64,000 bases of DNA from Felis catus (lineage: Eukaryota). Position numbers and translations under genes: made by a program. Shown here piece after piece: positions 62,915-64,000 of this stretch (its first letter is position 1; the number at the start of each line of letters is the position of its first letter). The stretch spans positions 61,442,001-61,506,000 of the forward strand of contig NC_058377.1 of NCBI RefSeq assembly GCF_018350175.1, read 5' to 3'. The notes under the pieces were generated by a model. That model had not been told where the DNA came from, searched no databases, and saw only the letters and a list, made by a program, of their open reading frames with translations.

Positions 62915-63120
62915 TGCTTTTTTTTTTTTTTTTTTTGAGAGAGAGAGAGAGAGTGTACAAGCAGGGGGAAGCACAGAGGGAGAGGGAGAGATAGAATCTT
63001 AAGCAAGCTCCATGCTGGCATGGAGTCTGACGTGGGCTCAATGTCACGATTCTGAGATCATGACCTGAGCTGAAATTGAGAGTTGAATGCTTAACCAACT
63101 GAGCCACCCAAGCACCCCCC
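62915..63120 (-). mobile_element. CanSINE
   Basis: TSD ctcatttctttt. Confidence 0.9.
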
Positions 63121-63759
63121 CAACTCATTTCTTTTTAATAATCATCTTATTGGTTCCGTCTTTAAGGTAGAATGAAGAAAATTAAACCAGATAACGTGTT
63201 GATGAAGCATCCTGAAAGAGGTTGAAAGTGTGTAGACACAGGAGCACCAAAGAGTAAAGATATGAAGTCACTATTTTGGGAGTCAGTTTCTCATATGCCA
63301 GTTTTGTGTTTGGCTCATACTTTGTTTCAGCATTACATAATGATCCATTCAAGTTTATCTTATTAGTTTATCTTATGAATATCAAAATAAACTCACTTCT
63401 GTGCAGATATTCCGTACAATGATTTTGCATATTATATTAAGCCTCTAGATTGGGTCCTTTTGAACCATTGATCCACACCCGGAAAATGTTTAAATTGTTC
63501 ATTATTCAATTTACCGAGGTTCTAAGAAGTCTCAGGCATTGATTGCCCTATGTATTGTTGATACAGATATAAAGAAGATACAGGTCTTCTACTCAAGATA
63601 CTTGCAGTAGGCAATTACTACATGCAGTCTTTGAATGATTTTTCAATTTGGGTGAAACTCTAATTGGGTAAAATTGTTAAGATGTGTGCCTCTAGAAGAA
63701 TTGATTCTATGTAGGTATTGATCACAGTTTCATTTCTGAAAATAGGGTATTAGTGAGTT

Positions 63760-64000
63760 AAAGAAGACAGACCAAAAAGGGTTATGCACTGTATGAGTCA
63801 ACTTTTTAAACTTCTTGGGAATACAAACTACTCCATAGTGACAAAAAATACAGCAATGGTTCCTAGGGGTCTGCCAGGGGTGTGAGGAGTGTCAGGAGGG
63901 ATTGGTCACAGGGGAGCATAAGGAAAATTTTGGGAATGATGGTTAAGTTCATTTTCTTAATTGTAGTGATGGATTCATATATGTGTGTATGCCAAAATTT
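63760..64000 (+). mobile_element. Old L1M 3'UTR fragment
   Basis: agaccaaaaaggttatgcactgtatga...tttgggaatgatgg...ttgtagtgatgg. Confidence 0.6.

Noticed and set aside
1-64000. Globin genes, tRNA/rRNA/snRNA genes, CRISPR arrays or prokaryotic-type systems
   Set aside because: None seen; tRNA-like boxes belong to CanSINE heads and repeated units are SINE/L1/microsatellite

Overview
AT-rich mammalian genomic DNA from a felid (young SINEC_Fc-type CanSINEs), within a class I olfactory receptor (OR51/OR52) cluster. It holds five intact single-exon OR ORFs: OR52A5-like (+, 4699-5649), a pair of near-identical OR52-family genes (-, 12595-13548 and 24808-25761), OR51V1-like (+, 48341-49282) and OR52A4-like (-, 56990-57940). 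The rest is mostly repeats: about 21 CanSINEs, one ~7.3 kb full-length but decayed L1 (with two N-gaps), truncated L1 3' ends, old L1M/L2/MIR pieces, two ERV1-type solo LTRs, a Tigger DNA transposon and microsatellites. I found no globin, RNA gene or prokaryotic-type system, and no convincing new biological system. The strongest observation is the OR52 pair. They lie in an ancient duplicated block whose flanks are only ~60-70% alike by eye, yet a 1031-bp tract matching the coding exon is ~98.5% identical. This points to exon-limited gene conversion, with the residual differences clustered in TM4/ECL2. Also notable: a SINE inserted exactly at the OR52A5-like stop codon, and an L1 5'UTR carrying an antisense YY1 motif, a 208-codon ORF and a CTCF-like motif pointing toward OR51V1. 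Repeat family names and boundaries are from visual recognition and are approximate.
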